Below are positions 1 through 11,153 of a stretch of DNA of 33,821 nucleotides, in pieces. The stretch is from Octopus bimaculoides (Eukaryota), in NCBI RefSeq assembly GCF_001194135.2, contig NC_068999.1, positions 20,786,878 to 20,820,698 of the forward strand, read 5' to 3'. Under the pieces are notes generated by a model, which did not search any database, was not told where the DNA came from, and was given only the letters and a program-made list of their open reading frames with translations. A program made the translations under genes and the position numbers. How positions within the stretch are numbered: the first letter of the stretch is position 1; every line of letters begins with the position of its first letter.

Positions 1-31
1 ATATATATATATATATATATATATAATATGC

Positions 32-68
<37 letters not shown>
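1..68. repeat. (AT)n followed by (GT)n microsatellite
   Basis: Directly visible dinucleotide runs. Confidence 0.95.
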
Positions 69-69
<1 letters not shown>

Positions 70-180
70 TACACACGCGTACATATAATTAATATCAACT
101 GGAAAAAAATAATCAATACCATAATATTATAAAATAGTGAAGTATTTTATTTAGTTCAGCCATAATGAGTTCATTTTCTG

Positions 181-278
181 TCTTTCTCTCTCTCCCTCTC
201 CCTCTCTCACTCGCTCTCACTCTCTGTCTCTCTCTCTCCTTCTCTCTCTCTCTCTCCCTCTCTCTCTCTCTCTCCCTA
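181..278. repeat. (CT)n microsatellite, imperfect
   Basis: Directly visible; it explains the SLSL/ERER ORFs at 165-480. Confidence 0.95.
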
Positions 279-1042
279 TGTATCTCTCATTGTCTCCCTC
301 TTTCTGAAAGAAATCGGCTGTCGCGTGACCTGAAGTGGCTTGGACTTCGCCAGATGTTAAGGTGCCCAAGAGACACTCTACGTCACGACATACTGAAGTT
401 GAAAGCCCAATGAAAGAAATACATGTTCGTCTGTGTGGAAGTGCGTGTATATGCGCACGCGTGTATGTGTATGTTTGCATACATGTAAGTATGTGTATGT
501 ATAAGAATATGTGTGTGTATGAGTGTGTTTGTGTGTATGTGTGTATGTATGAATAACATTAATCGTTACAAAGGGACAGAAGAAGAGCGGGAGAGTCGGG
601 GAGAATTTGATTATTTAAAGGAAATATTTTACTATTTGCTATCTTATCAAATGCAAGTACAAAATAAAGACACGTCATCAACACCCATGTTTTGTAATTT
701 TTTTATTATATTGGTCAAGTTTCATAAATATTTTCCCATAAATACTCGTAGTAGTTCAGCTCATACCTTCCAGACATAAATTTCTTTGCAGTCTACATCT
801 CAAATATTCTGTTTTGCGTTATGCAATAATTTTAAACAGTAGCTCTGGTTAGCACGAAATTTGGCTGTTATTTCTAGAAGTGTTAGCTTGTATACAGCAG
901 ATTTCCTTTATTCATACATATGTACCAAATTATATTTTGTGTGAGATGTAAAACTGATCGCATATTTTCCATTTTGAATATTGAAAACAAAATAAATTTT
1001 AAAAATCGTGAAGTACTGGACAAATAGATTCAACGGTGTGCC

Positions 1043-1600
1043 AAAGTGATTCTCCTCGAATTGTCAAACCATACGAGAGCCGCATGGACGAGCAGCACAT
1101 TTTTAAAATGAGCATATATGGTGATCTAGCAAAACAGCAAATGAGTGAGGGTTATCACTGTATTGTGAAACCAGTTGAAATTGGAACACAAGGGTTCGTG
1201 ACTGCATCAACCTGTCTAAACGAGCAGCCGGGTATCAAACTCTGCAGAAGAACTGCCACAATCAGACGCTTGTCTGACGTTGAGGAAAACAGCTCAATGT
1301 GTATATGGGCGACGAGAAATGACCAGTGGACCTAGTTATGAAATCCATTGGTTAACGGCAAGAATAGAAGGAAGAACAGAACTGGTTCCTTCGTCAGTCA
1401 GAGTGGCCTATTGGGCTGCAACACAGACCTGGGAACACAAGTTCACAAAATGAACGACCCATGTTGAAATTTCGCTGGACACAGAATTTTGGAAATTAGC
1501 AGGAAGAAATCTGGGTATCAAGACCTAGTCGGGTCTGGTTTCCGTACAGTGTCTAGCATTAGGGCCGAAACACTTGTCGGATAGGAATTCTTCCTCTTAA
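1043..1600 (+). mobile_element. 5'-truncated, decayed 3' end of an RLE-endonuclease non-LTR retrotransposon (HERO/NeSL-like, R2 superfamily) plus 3' UTR
   Basis: Reading KVILLEL (1043-1063), then one frameshift, gives KPYESRMDEQHIFKMSIYGDLAKQQMSEGYHCIVKPVEIGTQGF...RRLSDVEENSSMCIWATRNDQWT* (stop 1333-1335). This follows the recalled RLE C-terminal pattern VILLELTVPWEE...K..KY.DL...G......PVEVG.RGF...AE..S.WLW..R. Family assignment is from memory, not a database search. Confidence 0.75.
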
Positions 1601-1724
1601 AATCTCTCTTGCTGTACAATCACACTGTGGCAAGTTTCTGTTGTTTGTTTGAGTAGTATGCGAAAAAATTATTTTCTTTACTTCTACTTATATGTCGCCA
1701 ATGAGGAATGTATTAGTGTAAAGA

Positions 1725-1771
<47 letters not shown>

Positions 1772-2190
1772 NNNNNNNNNNNNNNNNNNNNNNNNNNNNN
1801 NNNNNNNNNNNNNNNNNNNNNNNNNNNNNNNNNNNNNNNNNNNNNNNNNNNNNNNNNNNNNNNNNNNNNNNNNNNNNNNNNNNNNNNNNNNNNNNNNNNN
1901 NNNNNNNNNNNNNNNNNNNNNNNNNNNNNNNNNNNNNNNNNNNNNNNNNNNNNNNNNNNNNNNNNNNNNNNNNNNNNNNNNNNNNNNNNNNNNNNNNNNN
2001 NNNNNNNNNNNNNNNNNNNNNNNNNNNNNNNNNNNNNNNNNNNNNNNNNNNNNNNNNNNNNNNNNNNNNNNNNNNNNNNNNNNNNNNNNNNNNNNNNNNN
2101 NNNNNNNNNNNNNNNNNNNNNNNNNNNNNNNNNNNNNNNNNNNNNNNNNNNNNNNNNNNNNNNNNNNNNNNNNNNNNNNNNNNNNNNNNN
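1772..2190. other. Assembly gap (N run) preceded by (AT)n
   Basis: N characters. Confidence 1.
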
Positions 2191-2400
2191 TGTGTATGTC
2201 TTTTTGTGTTTGTCCCCGCAACATCGCTTGACAACTGATGATGGTGTGTTGATGTATCCGTAATCTAGCGGTTCGGCAAAAGAATTCGATAGAATAAGTA
2301 CTAGGCTTACAAAAAATAAGTCCAAGGGTTAATTTGCTCGACTAAAGGCTGTGCTCCAGCATGGCCGCAGTCAAATAACTGAAAAATTTAAAAGAATAAA
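2191..2400 (+). mobile_element. 3' half of an Octopus-type tRNA-derived SINE (family A)
   Basis: CGTAATCTAGCGGTTCGGCAAAAG...GATAGAATAAGTACTAGGCTTACAAAAAATAAGTCC...GCTCGACTAAAGGCTGTGCTCCAGCATGGCCGCAGTC. The same tail recurs at 8017-8080 in this window and matches my recollection of the abundant octopus SINE. Confidence 0.8.
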
Positions 2401-3242
2401 GGGTAGCGAGAAAATGGGACCTTTGATACTGTGCAGTACCGTCCTATTCGGGGATTATTGTAGATTTCAATTCCGAAGTTTGGAGACAGACTCTCCATTA
2501 TTTTCCGCATATATGCCATTGCATATCTCCCACGTCTCCTCTTCAGTGGGTTGAGTCCCTGTTCCCTCAATCTCTTCCAGTAGCCCACATGTTTTACTGA
2601 GTCTATCTTCTTTGTGAAAGGGTGTTGAATCACCTCCACTTCCGCAATTATTTTTACACTCTGTGGGGACCACTGTGGGAGCAGTCGTCCAGACGACGTA
2701 GGGCAAAGGTTCTCCAATGCAAAAGCTTTGTATCTCTGTCTTTGGTCCTAAAGGATCTAAGGATCCGACCTGCTATCCGCCTGCATAGTATTGCCATCTG
2801 AGTAGTGTGCACATGGAAAGATTCGTCGTTGTTCATGTGTATTCCCAAGTCACGCACCTACTCTAACTCTGGGAGTTACAATGCCTGCTAGTCCCGTGTA
2901 CTTTTGCTGTAGTTTGTTTGTGGACTCACAGCAGAGTGCCTGAAATTTTGAGCCATAGTACTGCATATTATTCGTATCGGCCCATTTATGTATTGCGTTC
3001 AGGTAACTCTGCAGTCTTAGGAAGCCAGTAGGATCCTTGACCACCGGCGATACTTTTGCGTCATCGGTGTAGCTGGTGAGTGTGACTTACTCTATGGCTG
3101 AGGGCAAGTCCGAGAAAGCAACCACAAACAGTAGTGAACCCAGCATTGTTCCATGGGGGACTCCACTGAGGATTGGTGTCACTTCAGAGATACCACCACT
3201 TCTGCCCCTGCCCCTGAGGAAATCATGCAGACACTCTCCCAG
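2401..3242 (-). mobile_element. Decayed CR1-group LINE ORF2 fragment (reverse transcriptase core and downstream region)
   Basis: Minus-strand translation: GECLHDFLRGR...ISEVTPILSGVPHGTMLGSLLFVVAFSDLPSAIE*VTLTSYTDDAKVS (SGVPQGS and YADD motifs), LQSYLNAIHKWADTNNMQ, RDLGIHM...RILRSFRTKDRD, IQHPFTKKI...YWKRL...LKRRRGRY. It carries an in-frame stop and frameshifts. Confidence 0.9.
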
Positions 3243-3856
3243 TCTATACATACATATATATAGGGAAAAGACGAACGCTAAAGTAAAAGACTATCATGGA
3301 CATGTGAATTACACAAACGCATTTCTTTATAGCAGAGATGTTTCTTTGGTATGAAAACATCATAGAATGAAATATATTTCGTGCTATGAGGAAAAGAAGG
3401 TTATCGTCGGAGGGAGATGTGCTATCAGCTTCTTACGCTGAATACTTCTAGTGTGATTAGTGAGAGGGAGGAATATGAGGTAAAGTAGTAAGAAGATGAG
3501 GGCTCGAATTTGTATTGAGCGGGGCAGCGGTGGAAGTGAGCAAAAAATGATTGAAATTCTTACACATCTGAAGGTTTCTGTGTAGAGATAATAAGACGAT
3601 GGCAGGAAAATACTATACAGTCGAGTCAAGAAAACACATCCTACACACAAATACATATATGAGGTAGTATGAAAGTCGGGAAAGCTTTTGATACGATCTC
3701 GTATACGTACAGGAATGCGTAAATGTATATATATTCTCAAGGAAAACTGTCCGACGAACGAGAAGTGAAACTCTGAGTAGTGGTTTTTGCGATGTCTTTG
3801 CAGCCTTAAGAATATAGTATATATACCTACTCGAGTGTTACCTCTAGACATCTTTT

Positions 3857-3916
<60 letters not shown>

Positions 3917-4603
3917 NNNNNNNNNNNNNNNNNNNNNNNNNNNNNNNNNNNNNNNNNNNNNNNNNNNNNNNNNNNNNNNNNNNNNNNNNNNNNNNNNNNN
4001 NNNNNNNNNNNNNNNNNNNNNNNNNNNNNNNNNNNNNNNNNNNNNNNNNNNNNNNNNNNNNNNNNNNNNNNNNNNNNNNNNNNNNNNNNNNNNNNNNNNN
4101 NNNNNNNNNNNNNNNNNNNNNNNNNNNNNNNNNNNNNNNNNNNNNNNNNNNNNNNNNNNNNNNNNNNNNNNNNNNNNNNNNNNNNNNNNNNNNNNNNNNN
4201 NNNNNNNNNNNNNNNNNNNNNNNNNNNNNNNNNNNNNNNNNNNNNNNNNNNNNNNNNNNNNNNNNNNNNNNNNNNNNNNNNNNNNNNNNNNNNNNNNNNN
4301 NNNNNNNNNNNNNNNNNNNNNNNNNNNNNNNNNNNNNNNNNNNNNNNNNNNNNNNNNNNNNNNNNNNNNNNNNNNNNNNNNNNNNNNNNNNNNNNNNNNN
4401 NNNNNNNNNNNNNNNNNNNNNNNNNNNNNNNNNNNNNNNNNNNNNNNNNNNNNNNNNNNNNNNNNNNNNNNNNNNNNNNNNNNNNNNNNNNNNNNNNNNN
4501 NNNNNNNNNNNNNNNNNNNNNNNNNNNNNNNNNNNNNNNNNNNNNNNNNNNNNNNNNNNNNNNNNNNNNNNNNNNNNNNNNNNNNNNNNNNNNNNNNNNN
4601 NNN
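3917..4603. other. Assembly gap flanked by (AT)n on both sides
   Basis: N characters. Confidence 1.
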
Positions 4604-4695
4604 ATATATATATATATATACATATATATAAATAAAGAATAAAAAGTTTTCACTGGTACAACAATGCACTATATTACAAAAAATGTACAATATAT

Positions 4696-4908
4696 CTGTT
4701 GTAATTTAGTTATCCATAGCCCCATAGTCCGATGATATTTCGGAATACAATTCCTTCTTCAGATATACTTAGCGGCAGTCGCTGCTATAATCGGTTTTCC
4801 AACGGCTTTTTCTTTTTTCGATTATAGCAGCGATTCCATCTATGAATATCTGAAGAAGGAATTGTATTCCGAAATATCATCGGACTATGGATAACTAAAT
4901 TACAACAG
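4696..4908. repeat. Inverted repeat/hairpin element (~210 bp)
   Basis: Outer arms 4696-4766 and 4846-4908 are reverse complements apart from an 8-nt tandem duplication in the left arm (catagccc/catagtcc). Inner perfect 15-bp arms tcgctgctataatcg (4779-4793) and cgattatagcagcga (4819-4833). Confidence 0.95.
4848..4880 (+). ncRNA. Hammerhead-ribozyme-like core (minimal type I, Penelope/retrozyme style); mirror copy on the minus strand at 4732-4764
   Basis: CTGAAGA (4850-4856), extra A, stem II GGAAT/ATTCC with TGT loop, GAAA (4871-4874), palindromic ATAT then C. Only 2 bp of stem I are evident, so activity is doubtful. Confidence 0.45.
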
Positions 4909-5358
4909 GTATATAGTCCAATTTTTGTATTATAGTCCATTTTTGTACCATTTAAAACATTTTATTCTTTACAAACCATACACAATGCTTCAAGCAAACT
5001 AACTACATTACTCTCCTATATACATATATATATATATATGGAGGGATGATGAGCTGGCTGGTTCGGAGATATTTTCAAACTGTGCCGACGGATGATGTCG
5101 CTTGGTCATGCATGCACAATTGCTAGCATCGTCGAATTTGCAACTGGAATATCATACTGATTAGGTAATGAAGGGCTTCACTTCTAAACCAGAAACGCGT
5201 ATATGATTAACTAAGACTAGTTTGGTTCGTTTATTCTTTTCTTCTTGTTTTGCCTTTGTGAGTTACAAGTAATGCTATCTGTTGGAGTTTCAGCACTTTA
5301 GCTGCTATTTCTGAACTTCGGTATGTGGTGAAGCAACTGTTGCTGACCCCTTAATTAT

Positions 5359-5412
<54 letters not shown>

Positions 5413-5639
5413 TAAATATACAGGGATTAGCATTGAGTTGCTTCTCCAACATACTGAAAATTTAGAAATAGCAGTCAAAGAACTACTGATTCTAAACTAC
5501 AAATTTTTCTCTAAACGGATGGCGATATTTATGGCACACATAAATGTTTTTTCATACTGAACTACTTGGCAAAATTGTTAATTGTTAATTCTATTAATAA
5601 TTGACGATTCCCTGCCCTTATTCTTGTATATTTTATATA

Positions 5640-5687
<48 letters not shown>

Positions 5688-5690
<3 letters not shown>

Positions 5691-5915
5691 TCATCATTAT
5701 CATTTAACGTCCGTTGTCCATACGGTGCAATGGTTGGACGGTTTGGCTGGGCTGGTACGCTGGAAGGCTGCATCAGATTTGACATGGTTTTCTACGGCTG
5801 GATGCCCTTAATAGCGCCAAACACTCTGAGAGTGTAATGAGTGCTTTTACGTGCCACCGGCACGGTTGCCATTTGTGTAACACCGGGGTGCATTTACGTG
5901 CCACATGCCGTGCAA
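5688..5915 (-). mobile_element. 3' end of an RTE-type LINE or RTE-mobilised SINE with (GAT)n tail
   Basis: Plus strand reads catcatcattatcatttaacgtccgttgtccat...ttttctacggctggatgcccttaatagcgccaa...ttttacgtgccaccggcacg, the recalled RTE-associated GGATGCCCTTCC tail motif next to a (CAT)n run. Confidence 0.7.
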
Positions 5916-6665
5916 TGGGACTAAACTAGAAAACATGATGTTGGAAAGCGAGCTGCGGCTCAGCTATACTAACAAGACATACTGTCATCGTTTGTCTATT
6001 AATACAGAGTACAATCGCCAACAACTTGGAATTTTACCAACGCAACTATTGCGATCTGTTGTTGCATGACAAAAAAAGATATTTTTACGAACATAGATTG
6101 GTATACTTAAACACAAACACGCACGCACACACACACATATACACACACACTCGCACACACACACACGAACACACGCACACATGCGTACACATATATGTTC
6201 ATGTATAGGTATAGGTTTATACGGGTATTTATTATACATACTTTAATATTAAAATGCTCTGTATCAACTCGGTTGCCTTCGTGACACCACTTAGCTACTG
6301 TCAATCGACCATCACGAATATGTACTCGGATAACTTTGTGTATCGGATGGATTTAATGGCCATATTAACTACATACACGCATGCATACAACCACACTCAC
6401 AAACACGTGCGCGTACACACACACACACACACATACACACACACGTACACACACAACGACACAGAAACACAAACAGACATATAGATGTATATATGAAAAT
6501 ATATATATTTGTGCGTGTGTGTGTATGTGTGTATTTGATGTAATGCATTAACGTTTGTGCACATGGGCATATGTATTTTCTCGTACGAAAACTCTTAGAC
6601 GTATCTTATACAAACATACACTCATACACTTATACTTAGATACCTATACATTTATATTCATACAT

Positions 6666-6697
<32 letters not shown>

Positions 6698-6700
<3 letters not shown>

Positions 6701-6766
6701 CGCGGCTGTGTAGCAAGAATACTGCTTCTCAACCACATGGTTCCGGGTTCTTCCTCACCGCGCCTA
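6698..6766 (+). mobile_element. tRNA-derived SINE head (family A), truncated
   Basis: AGGCGCGGCTGTGTAGCAAG...CAACCACATGGTTCCGGGTTC has degenerate pol III A- and B-box-like motifs and is homologous to the head at 7954-8016. Confidence 0.75.
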
Positions 6767-6815
6767 TATATGTATATATATATATACATATATATATATA
6801 TACATATATATATAT

Positions 6816-7653
6816 NNNNNNNNNNNNNNNNNNNNNNNNNNNNNNNNNNNNNNNNNNNNNNNNNNNNNNNNNNNNNNNNNNNNNNNNNNNNNNNNNNNNN
6901 NNNNNNNNNNNNNNNNNNNNNNNNNNNNNNNNNNNNNNNNNNNNNNNNNNNNNNNNNNNNNNNNNNNNNNNNNNNNNNNNNNNNNNNNNNNNNNNNNNNN
7001 NNNNNNNNNNNNNNNNNNNNNNNNNNNNNNNNNNNNNNNNNNNNNNNNNNNNNNNNNNNNNNNNNNNNNNNNNNNNNNNNNNNNNNNNNNNNNNNNNNNN
7101 NNNNNNNNNNNNNNNNNNNNNNNNNNNNNNNNNNNNNNNNNNNNNNNNNNNNNNNNNNNNNNNNNNNNNNNNNNNNNNNNNNNNNNNNNNNNNNNNNNNN
7201 NNNNNNNNNNNNNNNNNNNNNNNNNNNNNNNNNNNNNNNNNNNNNNNNNNNNNNNNNNNNNNNNNNNNNNNNNNNNNNNNNNNNNNNNNNNNNNNNNNNN
7301 NNNNNNNNNNNNNNNNNNNNNNNNNNNNNNNNNNNNNNNNNNNNNNNNNNNNNNNNNNNNNNNNNNNNNNNNNNNNNNNNNNNNNNNNNNNNNNNNNNNN
7401 NNNNNNNNNNNNNNNNNNNNNNNNNNNNNNNNNNNNNNNNNNNNNNNNNNNNNNNNNNNNNNNNNNNNNNNNNNNNNNNNNNNNNNNNNNNNNNNNNNNN
7501 NNNNNNNNNNNNNNNNNNNNNNNNNNNNNNNNNNNNNNNNNNNNNNNNNNNNNNNNNNNNNNNNNNNNNNNNNNNNNNNNNNNNNNNNNNNNNNNNNNNN
7601 NNNNNNNNNNNNNNNNNNNNNNNNNNNNNNNNNNNNNNNNNNNNNNNNNNNNN
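6816..7653. other. Assembly gap flanked by (AT)n on both sides
   Basis: N characters. Confidence 1.
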
Positions 7654-7692
<39 letters not shown>

Positions 7693-7696
<4 letters not shown>

Positions 7697-7752
7697 CGCA
7701 GCGAGGAAGAACCCGGAACCATGTGGTTGAGAAGCAGTATTCTTGCTACACA
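7693..7752 (-). mobile_element. Inverted copy of the SINE head at 6707-6766
   Basis: Its reverse complement matches 6707-6766 at 58 of 60 nt. Confidence 0.9.
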
Positions 7753-7865
7753 TATAACTGGGTATGGATCTAAATATAAGAGTATGCGTGTATGTCTGTA
7801 TAAAATACGTTTAAGAGATTTCATACGAGAAAATATATATGCCTATGTGTACAAATGTGGATAAT

Positions 7866-8085
7866 TGTCTTCTGCTATAGCCTCGAGCCGAACAAAGCCA
7901 TGTGAGTGGATTTGGTAGACGGAAATTGAAAGAAGCCAGCAATTTATATATATCGCAGGAGTGGCTGCCTGGTAAGTAGCTCGCTTACCAATCACATGGG
8001 TCCTGGTTCCTAGGCTTCCAAAGAAAAAAAGTACTTGGGCCGATTTGCTCGACTAAAAGCGGTGCTCCAGCATGACCGTAACAAG
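7866..8085 (+). mobile_element. Rearranged family-A SINE pieces: middle segment (7866-7938), then a head fused directly to the 3' tail (7954-8085)
   Basis: tgtcttctgctatagcctcgagccgaacaaagccatgtgagtggatttggtagacggaaattgaaagaagcc; then cgcaggagtggctgcctggtaagtagctcgcttaccaatcacatgg...ggttc joined to ctaggcttccaaag...gctcgactaaaagcggtgctccagcatg. Confidence 0.75.
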
Positions 8086-8429
8086 AAAAGGAGAGAAAAA
8101 AGAGATAAAAGATATATATCAAAATATGCAACAAGGATATCCAAAAGTAATGCAGTACGATCGTTTCATGCGACTCCATTTAATTGAGCAATGTATATAT
8201 GTATATATATAAGGAGCAAATATCAGGAGTGAATATTTATATAGACATTATTATTGTTAATATTATCGAGGGTAATATAAATTTTTGATAAGAACAGCAA
8301 CAATAATAAATTTTCTTTCGGATTTTATAGTTTTTTTTTTTTAATTAGTATTTTGAAGAGTACGCTTTTCTTTATGGTGTCTGATCTCCTTCATTATTTG
8401 TACTGCATCTTGGTGGCTCCTCTCTAAAT

Positions 8430-8469
<40 letters not shown>

Positions 8470-8951
8470 NNNNNNNNNNNNNNNNNNNNNNNNNNNNNNN
8501 NNNNNNNNNNNNNNNNNNNNNNNNNNNNNNNNNNNNNNNNNNNNNNNNNNNNNNNNNNNNNNNNNNNNNNNNNNNNNNNNNNNNNNNNNNNNNNNNNNNN
8601 NNNNNNNNNNNNNNNNNNNNNNNNNNNNNNNNNNNNNNNNNNNNNNNNNNNNNNNNNNNNNNNNNNNNNNNNNNNNNNNNNNNNNNNNNNNNNNNNNNNN
8701 NNNNNNNNNNNNNNNNNNNNNNNNNNNNNNNNNNNNNNNNNNNNNNNNNNNNNNNNNNNNNNNNNNNNNNNNNNNNNNNNNNNNNNNNNNNNNNNNNNNN
8801 NNNNNNNNNNNNNNNNNNNNNNNNNNNNNNNNNNNNNNNNNNNNNNNNNNNNNNNNNNNNNNNNNNNNNNNNNNNNNNNNNNNNNNNNNNNNNNNNNNNN
8901 NNNNNNNNNNNNNNNNNNNNNNNNNNNNNNNNNNNNNNNNNNNNNNNNNNN
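8470..8951. other. Assembly gap flanked by (AT)n on both sides
   Basis: N characters. Confidence 1.
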
Positions 8952-8986
<35 letters not shown>

Positions 8987-9049
8987 TTATGTATATATAT
9001 GTATGTATGTATTCTTTACTATTAAAGCTGTTATACATATATTGGTATG

Positions 9050-9076
9050 TGTAGATAGATAGATAGTTAGATAGTT

Positions 9077-9143
<67 letters not shown>

Positions 9144-9160
9144 AGAGTAATAGAGAGAGT
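9050..9160. repeat. (GATA)n/(GA)n compound microsatellite
   Basis: Directly visible. Confidence 0.9.
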
Positions 9161-9184
9161 GCGTGTGAATGACAGAACGAGAGA

Positions 9185-9345
9185 AGGAGACCTTTTTTTC
9201 AGTTTCACTCTATCGTATCCACTCAGAAGTCTTTGGTCGACTCGGGGTTATCATAGAAAGCACTGTCCTAAGGTGCCACTCAGTGCGACTGGTCAGGGAG
9301 CCATGTTGTTGGTAAGTGAACTCCTTAACACTCATTCATACCCAT
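9185..9345 (-). mobile_element. Older, diverged family-A SINE 5' half
   Basis: tttcagtttcactctatcgtatccactcagaagtctttggtcgactcggggttatcatagaaagcactgtcctaaggtgccactcagtg...catgttgttggtaagtgaac is a diverged reverse complement of the head and middle segments seen at 7866-8016. Confidence 0.7.
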
Positions 9346-10930
9346 ATATAAATCAAACTGTAATTGACAGTAAAATACGAAGATAAAAATATCTAGAGAA
9401 GTGCTGTAAGATAACGGTTTCAAGAGAATATACTGTAGTTTCTTAGTCGTGTGACATTCTATAAACGGGAACTATGTTTTCTTCAGTGTTCAGTATATCG
9501 TCTTATCAATGGTTGAATACACAGGATAACTTAGCTTAGAATATAATTATGCGTAAAATGAGTGTGACCTTAGTTGGAAATGCTGGTCAAGCGAAGGAAA
9601 TTCAAAGACACTATAACAACGGATAACTTGTTTGAGAATCAATACGGCAAACGTGTTTGAAATAGTACCACACCAGTACGGCGGAATTTAGAAGAGTGTT
9701 AACATGGCGAAACCAGAATTGATCACTGCAACTCTACGTAAAACAAAGAGTCTGGCTACTATATTGTCAGCAATAACTCTAAGAATGCCAAGATTCTAGA
9801 ACGTCTTTGATTATTGCAAAGGTAAAATAGATGGCTAACTACTAAAGTGGTGTTGAAAAGTTTAGAGAGCGAGGAGGGGGTGAAAGAGAGAAGAGAGAGA
9901 AAGCCAGTTTTAAAAACTGCAGGACAAATCAAAAGCAACCAGTCTGTGGACATTGAAAAACCAGATTAAAACGCTGTAACTTGGGAATAAACAGTTAACT
10001 CATAATAATGTTATCAGGGGTTGTGACACCACACTTATAAAACAAATAGATCTTTTCAATAACCTTATTCCAACACAACGGTTTCAATTTCCAATTCAAC
10101 CATTTTCACTTCACCCGTATATTTCAGGTATTTTATAAAGATATCAACAACGTGCTTTCCCTAAATCATTTTTCTTTCTTTTAAAATATGAGACTTTTTG
10201 TGTTATGTCGAAAATCTAATGGAAATCAATGATATAACAGCGCATTAGATAAGACAAACTATTTGTACAATTCGTATTCAGGAAAATGATGTTATGCGTT
10301 CATGCGGTTATCTTGGGAAATAACAATATATTTTACACTGAGAACATGCAAGCAATGATTCTATGGAGATATGATGGATGATATGAATTCTTTCTAAGAA
10401 TACGTATGAATAGAACCAAGTGATAATGCAATATCGTAGATTATCGCAATGAAATATTGCTCTGGGTCCCAAAGTGTATAATGTGAGACTTTTTATGTGT
10501 CATGGCTGGAATAACTTGTAGTTGTAATATATAATGACGATTCTGTTGATGTGTAGGAAGTAATCTGCTGAATAATCGAGCATATTTGTCAACTTTGAAT
10601 AACTTTTCTTTCACTTCATTTTTGTGAATAGCATGTATGGCACAGTGTTAACATTTCTTTCTCATCGGACTGATCAGATTTGAACTATTGCTCGAGGCCA
10701 ATAAGTGTTGAAAAAAGAGAATTTATAAATTTTACCGGAATATAGAGTAAAAACTTCCTATTTTAATATTGTTAAACGCCGTGGCAAAAATGATAGGTTG
10801 GCAAGACAGCCAATCTAGTTGTTCGTATCTTTCTTCCTCACTATAGTTCATTCATACATCGATACATTGCTACCATTCATAACCGTAGTAGTTTTGCAAT
10901 AGAAGTGCAAATTCAAATCCGAAGCATTAA

Positions 10931-11068
10931 TCTCTCTTTCTCGCTCTCTTTCTCTCTCTTCCTTCTCTCTCTCTCTTTCAATCTCTCTCTCTCTCTCTCT
11001 CACTCTCTCTCTTTCAATCTCTCTCACTCTCACACACTCTCTCTCTTTCTATCTCTCACTCTCTCTCC
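10931..11068. repeat. (CT)n microsatellite, imperfect
   Basis: Directly visible. Confidence 0.9.
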
Positions 11069-11115
11069 GAGACACGTTTTCTTTGCACTCCATCTTTTCC
11101 CCTCTCTTCATGTAT

Positions 11116-11153
11116 TCTTTCTGTAGAGGAGCTGAGGCTCGAAATGTTAGAGA
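11116..11153 (+). ncRNA. Decayed minimal hammerhead-ribozyme-like motif (Penelope-associated type)
   Basis: Stem I TCTTT/AGAGA (one G-U pair), core CTGTAGA (CUGANGA with A6 changed to U), stem II GAGC/GCTC with TGAG loop, then GAAA and TGTT (probably CGTT before CpG decay). Confidence 0.5.

Noticed and set aside
5265-5327. Possible mini-exon NAICWSFSTLAAISELR ending at a GTATGT donor, faintly like the papain CWAFS motif
   Set aside because: Atypical acceptor, an in-frame stop just upstream, no QxxCGS context and too short to be significant.
6698-6766. tRNA gene at the SINE heads (also 11740-11812)
   Set aside because: Only degenerate A/B boxes with no complete cloverleaf, and the sequence continues into SINE body or microsatellite.
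1649-8990. Long ORFs (170-390 aa) crossing N-runs, and likewise at 19533-20768 and 28082-28775
   Set aside because: They are artefacts of translating N as X plus (AT)n giving YIYI repeats.
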